Of a DNA stretch of 64,000 nucleotides, positions 21,802 to 36,680 are shown piece after piece. The position numbers and the translations under genes were made by a program. The notes beneath the pieces were generated by a model that was not told the origin of the DNA, searched no databases, and saw nothing but the letters and a program-made list of their open reading frames with translations. The first letter of the stretch is position 1. Each line of letters starts with the position of its first letter. Source of the stretch: an uncultured Acidobacteriota bacterium (lineage in GTDB: Bacteria; Acidobacteriota; Thermoanaerobaculia; Multivoradales; UBA5704); contig CAVYRF010000002.1 of assembly GCA_963770895.1 (NCBI GenBank), forward strand, positions 768,001 through 832,000. Direction: 5' to 3'.

Positions 21802-22899
21802 ATGCGAACGATCCGGACTGCAGCGCCCAGGATAGTCGGCCTCTCTCTTCTCCTTGCCCTTGTCGCCACGGCGGCGTGGCCGGCATCCTGCCCGGCCAAC
21901 GGCGCGCCGCTGCCGACCCCCGCGGAACGGCAGGCCCTGACGCCGATGGTGATCCTGCTCTGCTACCTGCCGCCGCAGGAGGTGGACGTGATCATCGGCT
22001 CGATCGGCCACGATCCGCAGGCGTCGCTCACCGATCCGGCGTACGACAGCGGCAAGCAGAACCCGGACGGGTCGCTGCGGCCGCCGCTCGACCGCGCCGA
22101 AATCGTCGCGCTGATCGACATGCACTCGGTGCTGGACGTGGACATGACCGATGGCGCCATCGTGCGCAAATACGTTCCCAACAGCGACGTCGGCGGCTAC
22201 CTGTACGGCCGCACGGTGATCAGCTCCGGCGGCAAGCTGTTCGTGGTCCCCACCAACACCGTGCGCGGCTTCGTCGGCCTGGAGCGCAACACCACCGGCC
22301 TCGACGCCGGGCAGACCATCGCCGCCGTGGGGCTCGACTACGAAACCGGTCTCACCGGCCAGTTCACCGACGCCACCGACGATCCGTCGTCCTACCACCG
22401 CCTGGTGTCGCGGGAAGTGCAGGCGCACGGCCTGCACGTGCTGCGGCACATCATGTCCAGCTCCGGCGCCGCCGCCGCAGAGATCCCCCTGGGCAAGAAC
22501 CTCAACGATGCCGTGGCGGCTACCGCGCCCAGCCTGACCGGGCGCACCTTTGAAATGGACCGCCAGGGCGCGACCAACCCCTACACCGGCCTGGGCATCT
22601 CGGACGACATCGGCCTGCTCGTCTTGCAACACGAAAGCGACCAGTACCCCCTGCACCTCAACGAAGAGGACGTGATGCTGACGGCGCCGACGCCGCTCGC
22701 CACCGGCGACACCCTGCTGCGGCGCAACCTGGAGGGCGCCGACACCCAGATCGCCGTCTACACCCAGGTCACCAACGCCGACGGCTCGCAGAGCAACGTC
22801 TGGCAGCTGTCGCCCGACCTGTCCGCCGCCGACCTCGACTACTACCAGCGCCTCATCGGCCAGGCCGCCGCCCGCGCCGCCGCCGCCGCCGGTGGTTAG
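21802..22899 (+). CDS. Secreted hypothetical protein, possibly polymorphic-toxin-like
   Basis: Clean 365-aa ORF with strong GC3 bias and a Sec signal peptide. The function call is inference (see findings). Confidence 0.8.
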   Translation: MRTIRTAAPRIVGLSLLLALVATAAWPASCPANGAPLPTPAERQALTPMVILLCYLPPQEVDVIIGSIGHDPQASLTDPAYDSGKQNPDGSLRPPLDRAEIVALIDMHSVLDVDMTDGAIVRKYVPNSDVGGYLYGRTVISSGGKLFVVPTNTVRGFVGLERNTTGLDAGQTIAAVGLDYETGLTGQFTDATDDPSSYHRLVSREVQAHGLHVLRHIMSSSGAAAAEIPLGKNLNDAVAATAPSLTGRTFEMDRQGATNPYTGLGISDDIGLLVLQHESDQYPLHLNEEDVMLTAPTPLATGDTLLRRNLEGADTQIAVYTQVTNADGSQSNVWQLSPDLSAADLDYYQRLIGQAAARAAAAAGG

Positions 22900-23007
22900 G
22901 CGGCGGCCTGTATCGGAGGAATCGGTACTGGATGGCGGCACGCGGCGCGGCGGCGCCAGGCGCTGCCCCGCGCCCCGCATGGGCGCGCCGGACCTGCTGG
23001 GTAGCGC

Positions 23008-23676
23008 TCAGCCGGCTTGCGGCCCGTGCGGCACGGGCTGGTTCGCAGCGGACTTGAAGAGGAGACGGCGGCCCTGAATCTCCCAGGGCTCGGTGAGGAG
23101 GCGGCGGAGGGCTTCCGGGTAGGCCAGGTGCTCTTGCTGCAGGATGCGGGCGGCCAGGGTGTCGTCGGTGTCGTCGTCGGCGACGGCGACGGCGCGCTGG
23201 ACGACGATGGGACCGCTGTCCAGGCCTTCGTCCACCAGGTGGACGGTGCAGCCGGCGATGCGGACGCCGTGGGCCAGGGCCTGCGCGGCTCCGTCGACGC
23301 CCGCAAAGGCAGGCAGCAGGCTGGGATGGATGTTCAGGATGCGCCGCGGAAAGGCGGCCACAAAATCCGCCGACAGCAGGCGCATGTAGCCCGCCAGGCA
23401 GACCCATTCGACCGCGGCGCCGCGCAGGGCGGCGATCACCTTGGCTTCGTGCGCGGCGCGGTCAGGCTCGCCGCGGTGAGGCAGCGCCACCGCCGGCAGG
23501 CCGCGCTCGCGCGCCCGTTCCAGGCCGGCGGCGCCGGCGACGTTGCTGGCGACCAGGGCGATCTGGGCCGGCAGCTCACCGCGCACCACGGCGTCGTGGA
23601 GCGCCAGGAAGTTGCTGCCGCGGCCGGACAGCAGGACGCCGACGCGCGCGGGTGCGCCGGCCTCAGGGGCCGTCAT
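23008..23676 (-). CDS. purN: Phosphoribosylglycinamide formyltransferase
   Basis: SGRGSN, LAGYMRLL, NIHPSLLP, GCTVH.VD...DSGPI. Confidence 0.97.
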   Translation of the reverse strand: MTAPEAGAPARVGVLLSGRGSNFLALHDAVVRGELPAQIALVASNVAGAAGLERARERGLPAVALPHRGEPDRAAHEAKVIAALRGAAVEWVCLAGYMRLLSADFVAAFPRRILNIHPSLLPAFAGVDGAAQALAHGVRIAGCTVHLVDEGLDSGPIVVQRAVAVADDDTDDTLAARILQQEHLAYPEALRRLLTEPWEIQGRRLLFKSAANQPVPHGPQAG

Positions 23677-24760
23677 CGTGCGCCGGAGCGTCGTCGCTGG
23701 GCAGCGGTCCCAGGTCGTAGACGACCCCGGCCGCCCCTTCCTGCACGGTGCCGATGATCGACGACCGCTGGCCGGCGGCGCGGAGCTGGGCGAGGATGTC
23801 GCGCAGCCCGGCGGGGTCGACGACCAGGATCATGCCGATGCCCATGTTGAAGACGCGGAACATCTCTTCCGTTTCGACGTCGCCGTGCTCCTGCAGGAAG
23901 TGATAGATGGCAGGCACTTCCCAGCTGCCGACGCGGATCTCGGCGTGGAGGCCCTGGGGGAGCACGCGGGGCAGGTTGTCGGTGATGCCGCCGCCGGTGA
24001 CGTGCGCCATGGCGCGCAGCGCGGGGTGGCGCAGCAGCGGCCGCAGAGGGGCCAGGTAGGACAGGTGCGGGGCCAGCAGCTGCTCGCCGACCCGCTCGCC
24101 CTTGGCCCACGGCGCCGCATCGCTCACGCCCAGGCCGAGGCGCTCGAAGAGGACGCGGCGCGCCAGCGAATAGCCGTTGGTATGGAGCCCCGCCGCCGGC
24201 AGGCCGACCAGGACGCTGCCGGCGACGACGCGCGAGCCGTCCAGCACGTGCAGGCGATCGACCATGCCGACGATGAAGCCGACCAGCTCGTAGTCACCGG
24301 GCTGGTAGAAGCCGGGCATTTCCGCGGTCTCGCCGCCGAGCAGCGCACAGCCGTTCTGCTTGCAGCCGTCGGCCACCCCGCGCACCAGCTCGACCAGGCG
24401 CTCCGGCTCCAGCGCTCCGGCCCCGACGTAGTCGAGAAAGAACAGCGGCACGGCGCCCTGCACCAGGATGTCGTTGACGCAGTGATTGACCAGGTCGCGG
24501 CCGACGGTCGAATAGTCGCCCGCCAGCCGGGCGACCACCAGCTTGGTGCCCACGCCGTCCGCCGAGGCGACCAGGACAGGTTCGCCGATCCCCTCCAACT
24601 GCGGCCGGAAGAGCCCGCCGAAGCTGCCGATCTCGCTCAGGACGCCGGGGGTGAAGGTGGCGCGGGCCAGCTTCCTGACCTGCGCCAAGCCCTTTTCCTG
24701 CGCGGCGATATCCACCCCGGCCGCTTTGTAGGCGCTCCTGCTGGCATCGGCGCTTGACAT
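23663..24760 (-). CDS. purM: AIR synthetase
   Basis: YKAAGVD, DGVGTK, GGETAEMPG, GLHTNGYS, FNMGIG. Confidence 0.97.
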   Translation of the reverse strand: MSSADASRSAYKAAGVDIAAQEKGLAQVRKLARATFTPGVLSEIGSFGGLFRPQLEGIGEPVLVASADGVGTKLVVARLAGDYSTVGRDLVNHCVNDILVQGAVPLFFLDYVGAGALEPERLVELVRGVADGCKQNGCALLGGETAEMPGFYQPGDYELVGFIVGMVDRLHVLDGSRVVAGSVLVGLPAAGLHTNGYSLARRVLFERLGLGVSDAAPWAKGERVGEQLLAPHLSYLAPLRPLLRHPALRAMAHVTGGGITDNLPRVLPQGLHAEIRVGSWEVPAIYHFLQEHGDVETEEMFRVFNMGIGMILVVDPAGLRDILAQLRAAGQRSSIIGTVQEGAAGVVYDLGPLPSDDAPAHDDGP

Positions 24761-24786
24761 GGCTGGCGGAGTCGAAACCGTCGCCG

Positions 24787-26085
24787 TTACGGCAGCGGCG
24801 TGATGCTGTTGCAGACCTCCCGCGGCAGCGCGATATCGCGGTAGAAGATCAGGTTGTCGCCCCAGATGGTGAAGGTGCGGCCGGGACAGCGGAGCTTGTC
24901 GACCTGCTCCGCGACCTTGCCCTTGGCGCTCACCTTGGTGAACGTCACGGACTGTTTGAGCACGTCCACCTGCTGCCGCACCCAGGCGCTGCCGTCCGGC
25001 CCTTCCTCCAACCACAGGTCGGAAAACCAGATGGGGAAGGCGGTGTCGTGCGCCTTGGCCTTGGCGTCGAGGTCCGCAAGGCGGTTGCCTTCGGTCTTCT
25101 GCCACGGATTGTCCACGCTGGCGCTCCACACCAGCGCGCCGTCCAGGGTGAAAACGCGCAGGTCGCCGGTGAAGCCTTCGAGGCTGAACAGCAGCCGGCG
25201 CTGCGTGTCGTAGCGCAGCTGCACGTCGCGCACGCGAGTGGTGCCGGGCGGCCGCGGGATCGGCTTCTCGTTGCCGATGCTGCGCACCAGCTTGCGGTCG
25301 CGCAGGCTCCAGATTTCGATGCGGTGCGCGGTCCAGCGCGGCGAAACGGCAACGGTGTCGGCATCGATCCAGCACACCCAGCCCGCCGGGTCGGGCAGAT
25401 CGATCACCTGGCGAGGCGCCGGCGCCGCCGCGGCAGCGGCGACCGGTGCGGCTCCAGCGACCGGTGCGGCGGCCGGCGCGGCTTCTGTGCCTCCGGCGGC
25501 CGGCGCGGCAGCGGTTCCCGGCGCACCTCCAGCATCCGGCGCAGCCGGCTCGCGTCGCACCACGTCCAGATCCTGCCCGGGCCGCACCCACACGATCTGG
25601 CTGCCTTCGTCGCGCAGCGCCACGACACCCCATTGCGTGTCGCCTTCGACGGCCGAGGTACCCTGCGGCATCTCGATCGTGGCAACCCGCTCGGCGGTAG
25701 GCGAGAAGAATCGCACCGTCGCTTCGACCGGCTCCCAGGCCCAGAGATTGCCGACACGATCGACCCCCATCCACCGCGCCCGCACCAGCTCGATAAGGCT
25801 CAGGGCGTCCTTGGTGGGGCGGACGGGCCTGGCGGCGGCGGCCGGCAGCGAGGTGCTGGCGGCGGCTTCGCGCCCCAGGCCGCCGCGCAGCGATTCCGCG
25901 GCCAGGGCGGGGATCGCGGCGGCGGCGAGCAGGCCGATCGTGCCGATGGCGCCGATGGCAGCGGTGGTCAGCACCGAGCGAAGCGGTCGCCGCGACGCCG
26001 ACGACCGCAGGGATCGCGGTGGCTGGGGCGGCGATGCTGGGGTCTGCGACGGGGGGACGGAGAGGGCGGTGGCAAGCTCTTTCAT
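24787..26085 (-). CDS. Exported hypothetical protein, beta-rich with an Ala/Pro insert
   Basis: Signal-like segment and coding-like bias. Start uncertain (26085 or 26094). Confidence 0.65.
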   Translation of the reverse strand: MKELATALSVPPSQTPASPPQPPRSLRSSASRRPLRSVLTTAAIGAIGTIGLLAAAAIPALAAESLRGGLGREAAASTSLPAAAARPVRPTKDALSLIELVRARWMGVDRVGNLWAWEPVEATVRFFSPTAERVATIEMPQGTSAVEGDTQWGVVALRDEGSQIVWVRPGQDLDVVRREPAAPDAGGAPGTAAAPAAGGTEAAPAAAPVAGAAPVAAAAAAPAPRQVIDLPDPAGWVCWIDADTVAVSPRWTAHRIEIWSLRDRKLVRSIGNEKPIPRPPGTTRVRDVQLRYDTQRRLLFSLEGFTGDLRVFTLDGALVWSASVDNPWQKTEGNRLADLDAKAKAHDTAFPIWFSDLWLEEGPDGSAWVRQQVDVLKQSVTFTKVSAKGKVAEQVDKLRCPGRTFTIWGDNLIFYRDIALPREVCNSITPLP

Positions 26086-26152
26086 CGGGTGCATCTTAGC
26101 GCTCTTTTCGCCGCCGCGCCGCGCGCGAGCTGGTAGCATGGCAGCTCCGGCC

Positions 26153-26877
26153 ATGGCACAGGTCCATCCTTTCAGGGTCTTCGGCCCCTCGCACCTGGCG
26201 GTCCTCGGGCTGACCGTGGCGCTCAGCGCGGCGCTGTCGCTGGTCGCCCGCCGGCCGGAGGGCGAGCGGGCGGCACGCGTCTTCGCCTGGGGCCTGGCGG
26301 TGCTGCTGCTGGCCGACGAAGCCGCGGTCGTCGCCGTGGCGGCGCGCACCGACCTGCCCACCCTTTCGGACCACCTGCCGTTCCAGCTCTGCGACTGGGT
26401 GATCTTCGCCTGCGTCATCGCACTGGTGGCGCGACGCCAGCTCGCCTACGAGCTGGCCTGGTTCTGGGGGCTCGCCGGCACGCTGCAGGCGCTGATCACC
26501 CCCGACCTGGCGGAGGACTTCCCCAACCCGCACTTTTTCACCTTCCAGATTCTGCATGCCGGCGTCGTGGTCGCCGTCCTGTACCTCACCTTCGGCCTCG
26601 GCATGCGCCCCCGCTGGCGATCGATCGCCCGCGCCTGGCTGTGGTTGCAGATCTACCTGGTGGTCACCGCCGGCGTCGACCGGCTGCTCAATTCCAACTA
26701 CGGCTACCTGCGCGCCAAGCCGGTGCAGGCCAGCCTCTTCGACTACCTCGGCCCCTGGCCCTGGTACCTGGTCAGCCTGGAAGCGCTGTCGCTGGTCCTG
26801 TTCGTGATCTGCTACGTCCCCTTTGCCGTGCTCGACCGCCTGCGCCAGGGCAAGGGCAGCCCCATCCCCATCGAGCC

Positions 26878-26881
<4 letters not shown>
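26153..26881 (+). CDS. YwaF/TIGR02206-like integral membrane protein
   Basis: FGPSH, LPFQLC, LQALITPD, NYGYL..KP...SL.D.LGPWP.Y. Confidence 0.88.
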
Positions 26882-30696
<3,815 letters not shown>

Positions 30697-30785
30697 GGCT
30701 CGTCGTCGGTCCGGTGGGGAAAGCGCAGGCTGCCCTGCGGCCCCGCAGCTGTGTAACGGTTGGAACGCCGCCAGTATTCTACAGC

Positions 30786-33017
30786 CTACAGACCGAGTGC
30801 CCGCGGCAGCGCTGTGGCCCAGATCTCCCGCAGGGCCGCAACCGGCGCCCGCCAGGCCTGGCCGCCGCCGCGCACCACCAGGGCGTCGCCGCCGACGCCG
30901 CCAATCTCCGCCGCCGGCACACCGGCTTCGTCCGCCGCCATCAACACCCGCTCCAGCTGGTCGCCGCGGCAGGCGACCAGCGCCCGCCCCTGGCTCTCCG
31001 AAAACAGACCGGCGGCGCCGGCCAGACCGCAGCCGTCCAGGTCCACCTCGACGCCCAGACCGCGACCGAAACACGCTTCCGCCAGGGCCACCGCGAAGCC
31101 GCCTTCCGCCAGGTCGTGCGCGGTGCCCACCAGGCCCTCTGCCGCCAGCCGTCGCAGCAGGCGCGCCAGGCGCAGCTCCGCCTCGAGGTCGACCGCCGGC
31201 GGGCGCCCCTGCTCGATGCCGTAGAGCAGCCGCAGGTAGGCCGAGCCGCCGTGCTCGCCATGGTCGCGCCCCAGGAGCACGACGCGGTCGCCGGCGGCGG
31301 TGAAGTGCGCCACCGGCAGGTGGGCCACGCTGGGGACCAGTCCCACCATCGCCACCGTCGGCGTGGGATGGATCGAGACCCCCTCGGTTTCGTTGTAGAA
31401 CGACACGTTGCCCGAGATGACCGGCACGCCGAAGGCGCGGCAGGCCGCCGACATGCCGCGCACCGCCTCGGCGAATTGCCAGGTGATCACCGGGTTTTCA
31501 GGGTTGCCGAAGTTGAGGCAATCCGTCAGCCCCACCGGTTCGGCGCCGGCGCACGCCAGGTTGCGCATCGCCTCCGCCACCGCCTGCGCGCCGCCGGTGT
31601 AGGGGTCCAGGGAGCAGTAGACCGGGTTGACGTCGGAGGTGAGGGCCAGGCCGGCGGGAGTGCCCTTGAGGCGCAGCACGGCGGCGTCGCCCCCCGGCCC
31701 GATGGCGGTGCCGGTGCGCACGCTGTGATCGTACTGCTGCCAGATCCACTCCTTGCTGGCCAGCTCGGGCGTGCCCAGCAGGCGCTCCAGGGCGCGGCGC
31801 GGATCGTCCGCCGGCGGCACCTCGGGCGCCGCCTGACGCGCCGCCAGGTCCGCCGGCGGCGCCGCGGGGCGGCGGTAGACCGGCGCTTCCTCGGTCAGCG
31901 GCCGGATCGGCATGTCTGCCACCCGCTCGCCGCGGAAGAGCAGCTCGGCGCGGCCGGTCGCCGTCACCTCGCCGATCGTCGCCACCTCCAGGCCCCAGCG
32001 CCGGAAGATACGCTCCAGCTCCTCCTGCCGGCCGCGATGCGCCACCAGGACCATGCGCTCCTGCGACTCGGACAGCATCATCTCGTACGGGGTGAGGCCC
32101 GCCTCCCGCAGCGGCACCTGGTCGAGGTCGAGCACCATGCCGGTGCCGCCGCGCCCCGCCATCTCGAACGTCGAGCTGGTCAGCCCGGCGGCCCCCATGT
32201 CCTGGATGGCGACGATGGCGCCGCTGCGCATCGCTTCCAGGCAGGCCTCCAGCAGCACCTTTTCGGTGAACGGGTCGCCCACCTGGACCGTCGGCCGCTT
32301 GCTTTCGCTGCCGGCGTCGAACGCTTCCGACGCCATGGTCGCGCCGTGGATGCCGTCGCGGCCGGTGCGGCTGCCGACGTAGAGGATCGGGTTGCCGGTG
32401 CCGCTGGCTCGCGCGGTGAAGATCTGGTCCCGGCGGGCCACCCCCAGCGCGAAGGCGTTGACCAGGATGTTGCCGTCGTAGCAGCTGTGGAAGCCGGTTT
32501 CGCCGCCCACCGTCGGGATGCCCATGCAGTTGCCGTAGCCGCCGACGCCGCGCACCACGCCGTCGATCAGCGACCGCATGCGCGGCGCGTCGATGGCGCC
32601 GAAGCGCAAGGCGTCCAGGCAGGCGATCGGGCGCGCCCCCATGGTGAAGATGTCGCGCAGGATGCCGCCGACGCCGGTGGCGGCGCCCTGGTAGGGCTCG
32701 ATGAAGCTGGGATGGTTGTGGCTCTCCATCTTGAAGACCGCGACCAGGCCGTAGCCGATGTCCACCACCCCGGCGTTCTCGCCGGGCCCCTGCAGCACGT
32801 GCGGCCCCTCGCTGGGGAACTGGCGCAGGTAGATCTTCGAAGACTTGTAGGAGCAGTGCTCGGACCACAGGGCGGCGGTGATGCCCAGCTCGGTGTAGCC
32901 AGGGTTGCGCCCCAAAAGGGACCGCAGACGCTCCAGCTCGTCGCCGGTGAGCCCCTTGGCGCGCGCCAGCTCTTCGGTCACCTGGGGGTCGCCCGCGGCG
33001 GTGTGGGTGCCGGACAT
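30786..33017 (-). CDS. purL: FGAM synthase subunit PurL
   Basis: [37 protein letters not shown]. Confidence 0.98.
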   Translation of the reverse strand: MSGTHTAAGDPQVTEELARAKGLTGDELERLRSLLGRNPGYTELGITAALWSEHCSYKSSKIYLRQFPSEGPHVLQGPGENAGVVDIGYGLVAVFKMESHNHPSFIEPYQGAATGVGGILRDIFTMGARPIACLDALRFGAIDAPRMRSLIDGVVRGVGGYGNCMGIPTVGGETGFHSCYDGNILVNAFALGVARRDQIFTARASGTGNPILYVGSRTGRDGIHGATMASEAFDAGSESKRPTVQVGDPFTEKVLLEACLEAMRSGAIVAIQDMGAAGLTSSTFEMAGRGGTGMVLDLDQVPLREAGLTPYEMMLSESQERMVLVAHRGRQEELERIFRRWGLEVATIGEVTATGRAELLFRGERVADMPIRPLTEEAPVYRRPAAPPADLAARQAAPEVPPADDPRRALERLLGTPELASKEWIWQQYDHSVRTGTAIGPGGDAAVLRLKGTPAGLALTSDVNPVYCSLDPYTGGAQAVAEAMRNLACAGAEPVGLTDCLNFGNPENPVITWQFAEAVRGMSAACRAFGVPVISGNVSFYNETEGVSIHPTPTVAMVGLVPSVAHLPVAHFTAAGDRVVLLGRDHGEHGGSAYLRLLYGIEQGRPPAVDLEAELRLARLLRRLAAEGLVGTAHDLAEGGFAVALAEACFGRGLGVEVDLDGCGLAGAAGLFSESQGRALVACRGDQLERVLMAADEAGVPAAEIGGVGGDALVVRGGGQAWRAPVAALREIWATALPRALGL

Positions 33018-33772
33018 CACCGGGACGCCGCCGCCAGGGTGCGCGCCGCGCCGGAGCCGGCGGGCGGACCGGCGGCGCTCCTGCCCGCCAGCGCTTCGAC
33101 GGTGCCGGCCAGCAATCCAAGCCCATCGGTGTTGCCCAGGATCTCTTCGGCGCAGCGCTCGGGGTGGGGCATCATGCCCAGGACGTTGCCGGCGGGGCTG
33201 CACAGACCGGCGATGGCGCGCGCCGCGCCGTTGAAGTTCCAGGCCGGATCGACCTGGCCCGCCGGCGAGGCGTAGCGGAACACCACCAGGCGCTGCGCCT
33301 CCAGGGCATCGAGCCGGTCGGCCTGGTCTTCGTAGTTGCCCTCGGCATGCGCCACCGGGATGCGCAGCACCTGTCCGGCGGCAAAACGGTGCGTGAACGG
33401 CAGGTCGTTGCGCTCCACCCGCAGCCAGACGTCACGGCAGATGAAACGCTGGCTGGCGTTGTGACGCATCGCGCCCGGCAGCAGCCCGGCCTCCAGCAGC
33501 ACCTGGAAACCGTTGCAGATGCCGAGCACCAGGCCGCCGGCGTCGGCGTGGCGCTTGACCGCCGCCATCACCGGCGAAAGCGCCGCCAGGGCGCCGGCGC
33601 GCAGGTAGTCGCCGTAGGCGAAGCCGCCGGGCAGCACCACCAGGTCGCAGTCCTGCACCGATTCGTCCTGGTGCCAGAGGAAGACCGCTTCCTGCTGCAG
33701 CACGTGCTTGAAGACGTGGTAGACGTCGTGGTCGCAGTTGCTGCCGGGGAAGACGACGACCCCGCACTTCAT
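33017..33772 (-). CDS. purQ: FGAM synthase glutaminase subunit PurQ
   Basis: FPGSNCD, GICNGFQ, MMPHPER. Confidence 0.98.
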   Translation of the reverse strand: MKCGVVVFPGSNCDHDVYHVFKHVLQQEAVFLWHQDESVQDCDLVVLPGGFAYGDYLRAGALAALSPVMAAVKRHADAGGLVLGICNGFQVLLEAGLLPGAMRHNASQRFICRDVWLRVERNDLPFTHRFAAGQVLRIPVAHAEGNYEDQADRLDALEAQRLVVFRYASPAGQVDPAWNFNGAARAIAGLCSPAGNVLGMMPHPERCAEEILGNTDGLGLLAGTVEALAGRSAAGPPAGSGAARTLAAASR

Positions 33773-34035
33773 GAGCGGCCTCCATCTCCGTGTCCGTTGA
33801 GGATTTCCACCGTGAAATCTTCCACCACCGTATTGGCAAGCAGGCGCTGGCACATCTGCCGCACCTCCTGCTCGGCCCGTGCCGGGTCGTCGTGCTCCAG
33901 CTGGATTTCGAAGCTCTTGCCCGCGCGCACCGCCGCCACGCCCGCGAACCCGACGCGCGCCAGGGCGTCGCGGATGGCCTTGCCTTGGGGATCCAGGATC
34001 TCGCGCCGTGGATATACCGTCACTCGTGCGGTCAA
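33769..34035 (-). CDS. purS: FGAM synthase subunit PurS
   Basis: [14 protein letters not shown]. Confidence 0.95.
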   Translation of the reverse strand: MTARVTVYPRREILDPQGKAIRDALARVGFAGVAAVRAGKSFEIQLEHDDPARAEQEVRQMCQRLLANTVVEDFTVEILNGHGDGGRS

Positions 34036-34075
34036 CTTGCTGGTCCTTTCGTGAGCGCGCGGGGCGCGCGGCTCG

Positions 34076-35113
34076 CTAGTCCACCTGCAGCCAGGGCGTC
34101 GGATGGTCCTGGCAGGTCAGTTCGAGGGTGGCGCCCGAGCCCTCGCGCACCAGCACCTCTCCGAGGCTGGCCGCGGCCAGGGCGGGCAGGTTGTTGGTGC
34201 GCGACAGGTGATACGGCATCACCCATCGCAGGCGGTCGCACAGCAGCTCGGGCAACGATGCGGCAGCCTCGCGATTGGACAGGTGACCGTGACGCCCTGC
34301 CACCCGCTGCTTGAGCGGCCACGGATACGGTCCGTTGCGCAGCATATCGAGATCGTGGTTGGTTTCCATCACCAGGACGTCCAGGTCGCGCAGGCGCGCC
34401 CAGGCCAGGTGGCTGTGGGTGCCGCAATCGGCGACCAGGCCCAGGCGCCGGCCGGCGCCGTCCTGGATCACCATGCCGATCGGCTCGCGGGCATCGTGCG
34501 GCACCAGGAACGGCTCCACCTGGAAGCCCGCCACTTCCTGCGGCACACCGGAGCGCAGCAGGGTGGCGTCGGCCTCCGTGTCCTGGTGCAGGCGCACCTC
34601 GCGCAGCGTGCCGGCGGTCGCCCACACCGGCAGCCGGTGGCGGCGCGCGAAGCGTGCGGCGCCCCGGCAGTGGTCGATGTGCTCGTGGGTCAGCACCAGG
34701 GCCGCCAGGCTTCCCGGCTCCACCCCCACCAGCGCCAGGCGGCGCACCAGCTCGCGGTTCGAAAAGCCGGCGTCGATCAGGATGCGCTGCCGCCCCGACT
34801 CCACCACCATGGCATTGCCGCCGCTGCCCGAACCCAGCACCACCACTCGCAGCGGTGGCGCCGGCGGGCGGTCGCCGGCGTCGACAGGGAACGGTGACTG
34901 GAGCGCGGGGAACGCAGGGAACGGGGGGAGCGGCGACCGGAGCACCGCCCGCGCGGCGGCGGGGACGGCGGCCGCGGGCCTGTCACAGGGTGGGTCCCAC
35001 AGCTCGAAAAGGCTCCGCTGGGGCGCCGGCGCGCAGGCCGTGGCATCGCCCGGACGCGCCGCGTCCCGCGCCAAAAGGTCCAGTCTGGATGCAGGCTGGG
35101 AGGGATGAGCCAC
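34076..35113 (-). CDS. MBL-fold metallo-hydrolase (YycJ/WalJ-like)
   Basis: LGSGSGGN, THEHIDH, VPHDA, ETNHD, GHLSN, HLS..NN. The true start may be nearer 34900. Confidence 0.88.
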   Translation of the reverse strand: MAHPSQPASRLDLLARDAARPGDATACAPAPQRSLFELWDPPCDRPAAAVPAAARAVLRSPLPPFPAFPALQSPFPVDAGDRPPAPPLRVVVLGSGSGGNAMVVESGRQRILIDAGFSNRELVRRLALVGVEPGSLAALVLTHEHIDHCRGAARFARRHRLPVWATAGTLREVRLHQDTEADATLLRSGVPQEVAGFQVEPFLVPHDAREPIGMVIQDGAGRRLGLVADCGTHSHLAWARLRDLDVLVMETNHDLDMLRNGPYPWPLKQRVAGRHGHLSNREAAASLPELLCDRLRWVMPYHLSRTNNLPALAAASLGEVLVREGSGATLELTCQDHPTPWLQVD

Positions 35114-35210
35114 CGCGCCACTAAGGTATCACCCCCCACACCCACCACCAAATATGGGGGGGCCGGCGATGCCGAGCGCTAGCAACAGGGGGCGCGCGGC
35201 AGGGAGCGCC

Positions 35211-35972
35211 CTAGAACCTGTACACCTTGCCCTGCTCCAGGAAGCCGACGTCGCCGTTGTGCAGCTGCTTGACTTCGGCGTGGATCCGCTCGACGCAGGG
35301 CGGCTTGAGGTGGTGCAGCAGCACCGGCACCTTGCGCTTGAGCTTGCGCAGCTCCACTTCCAGGGTGCGCGGCGTCAGGTGCAACGACACGTCCGCCACG
35401 TCCTGCAAGGCGTTGTCGAAGCTGGTCTCGATGAACAGCGCCTTGAGGTTGGGCGTCGCGTTGGCCAGCTCCCACAGGCGCGTCGTCGGGCCGGTGTCGC
35501 TCGACCACAGGACGGCGGCGCCATCCTGCTCGATGAGGAAGCCGAAGGTCGGCACCAGGTGGTCGACCGGAACCGGCGTGAAGCTGACGCCGTCGATGAC
35601 CAGCGGCCGCTCCGCCTCCAGGTCCTGAAAGCGCAGAGCCGGCAGCAGGTGATTGGGCAGGCGGGTGAAGTCGGGCCAGGTGTCGTTGTTGAACAGATAC
35701 TTGCGAATCGCATACAGGGTGGGCGCCGAGGCGTGGACGTCGATGGCGCCCGTGGTCTTGCCGTAGACGTTCTCGATAAAGAAGGGCAGGCAGTTGGTGT
35801 GGTCGATGTGGGAGTGGCTGAGCACGATCGAATGCAGGTCGACCTGGCGCTCGATCGGCAGCGTCTGGGTGAGCGAGCCGGCGTCGAGCGCAATGCGGTC
35901 GTTGATCAGGAGGCACGTCATCCGGCACTCCGGGCTTTCGCCGCCATACCCCCCTAGCACCTCGATCCGCAT
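35211..35972 (-). CDS. Class II cyclic-nucleotide phosphodiesterase-like MBL hydrolase
   Basis: VLG..GG, DAG, SHSHIDH, FNN..WPDF, SDTGPT, HLTP, HLKP. Confidence 0.85.
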   Translation of the reverse strand: MRIEVLGGYGGESPECRMTCLLINDRIALDAGSLTQTLPIERQVDLHSIVLSHSHIDHTNCLPFFIENVYGKTTGAIDVHASAPTLYAIRKYLFNNDTWPDFTRLPNHLLPALRFQDLEAERPLVIDGVSFTPVPVDHLVPTFGFLIEQDGAAVLWSSDTGPTTRLWELANATPNLKALFIETSFDNALQDVADVSLHLTPRTLEVELRKLKRKVPVLLHHLKPPCVERIHAEVKQLHNGDVGFLEQGKVYRF

Positions 35973-36018
35973 ATATTGACGACATCGTATCTCTCTTGCC
36001 GCTGGACAGACAAGGAAG

Positions 36019-36115
36019 CCTGGGCCGGGCGGGCCAGAGGCCCCGGACGCAGCCTGGGCCGGGTTCGCATGGCGGAACCTGGGCCGGCCCCGCTCAGCGA
36101 ACCTGGGCCGGGTTC
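36019..36115. repeat. Four copies of CCTGGGCCGG upstream of the phosphodiesterase gene
   Basis: Copies start at 36019, 36053, 36078 and 36102; fullest form GAACCTGGGCCGGGTTC. Confidence 0.6.
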
Positions 36116-36680
36116 CCTGGTGACCTCCGGGCTCGCCGCCGCCGCGCCAGGTCGCCCGCGCCGCCACCGGCCCGCGGCGCACCACGCACAGCGCACCATG
36201 TGTCGCGCACATGCGCCGCAACCCGGCGGTACGGTTCGCCGTACCTGACGTCGTGCGACGGCGTATTGGCGGCGGCGGCAAGGAACCGGAGCGGCTGGCG
36301 TCGCGGCGCTTGCGCACCGCCTCAACTCCCATCATCGCTCGCCGGATACCGCTGCAACCGCCGCCGGCGGGCGCCGCGCCGCGGATCGACGGCGGTGAAT
36401 TGGTGAATATTAAAAGCTGCGCGAGCCTGTGTGGCGGCTGCTGGATGAATATGCCATCATGCCGTCAACCGGTCGATCCGCGCTTGGCTTAGGGGCTTTT
36501 TAAAGCTTTTCGCATCGGCGCCAGAGGCCGGTTCGGCGGCGCGTCGCGCCGGCGGTTGCACAACGTGGAACGGAGAGCCGCTGGCGATTGTCGCCAGTCG
36601 CATCATCCGCCGCCGACGATCGTGCGTATTAAGTCGACCGGGTTGCGGAGCATGCGCGGCATACGAAGGGGGACGATGGC

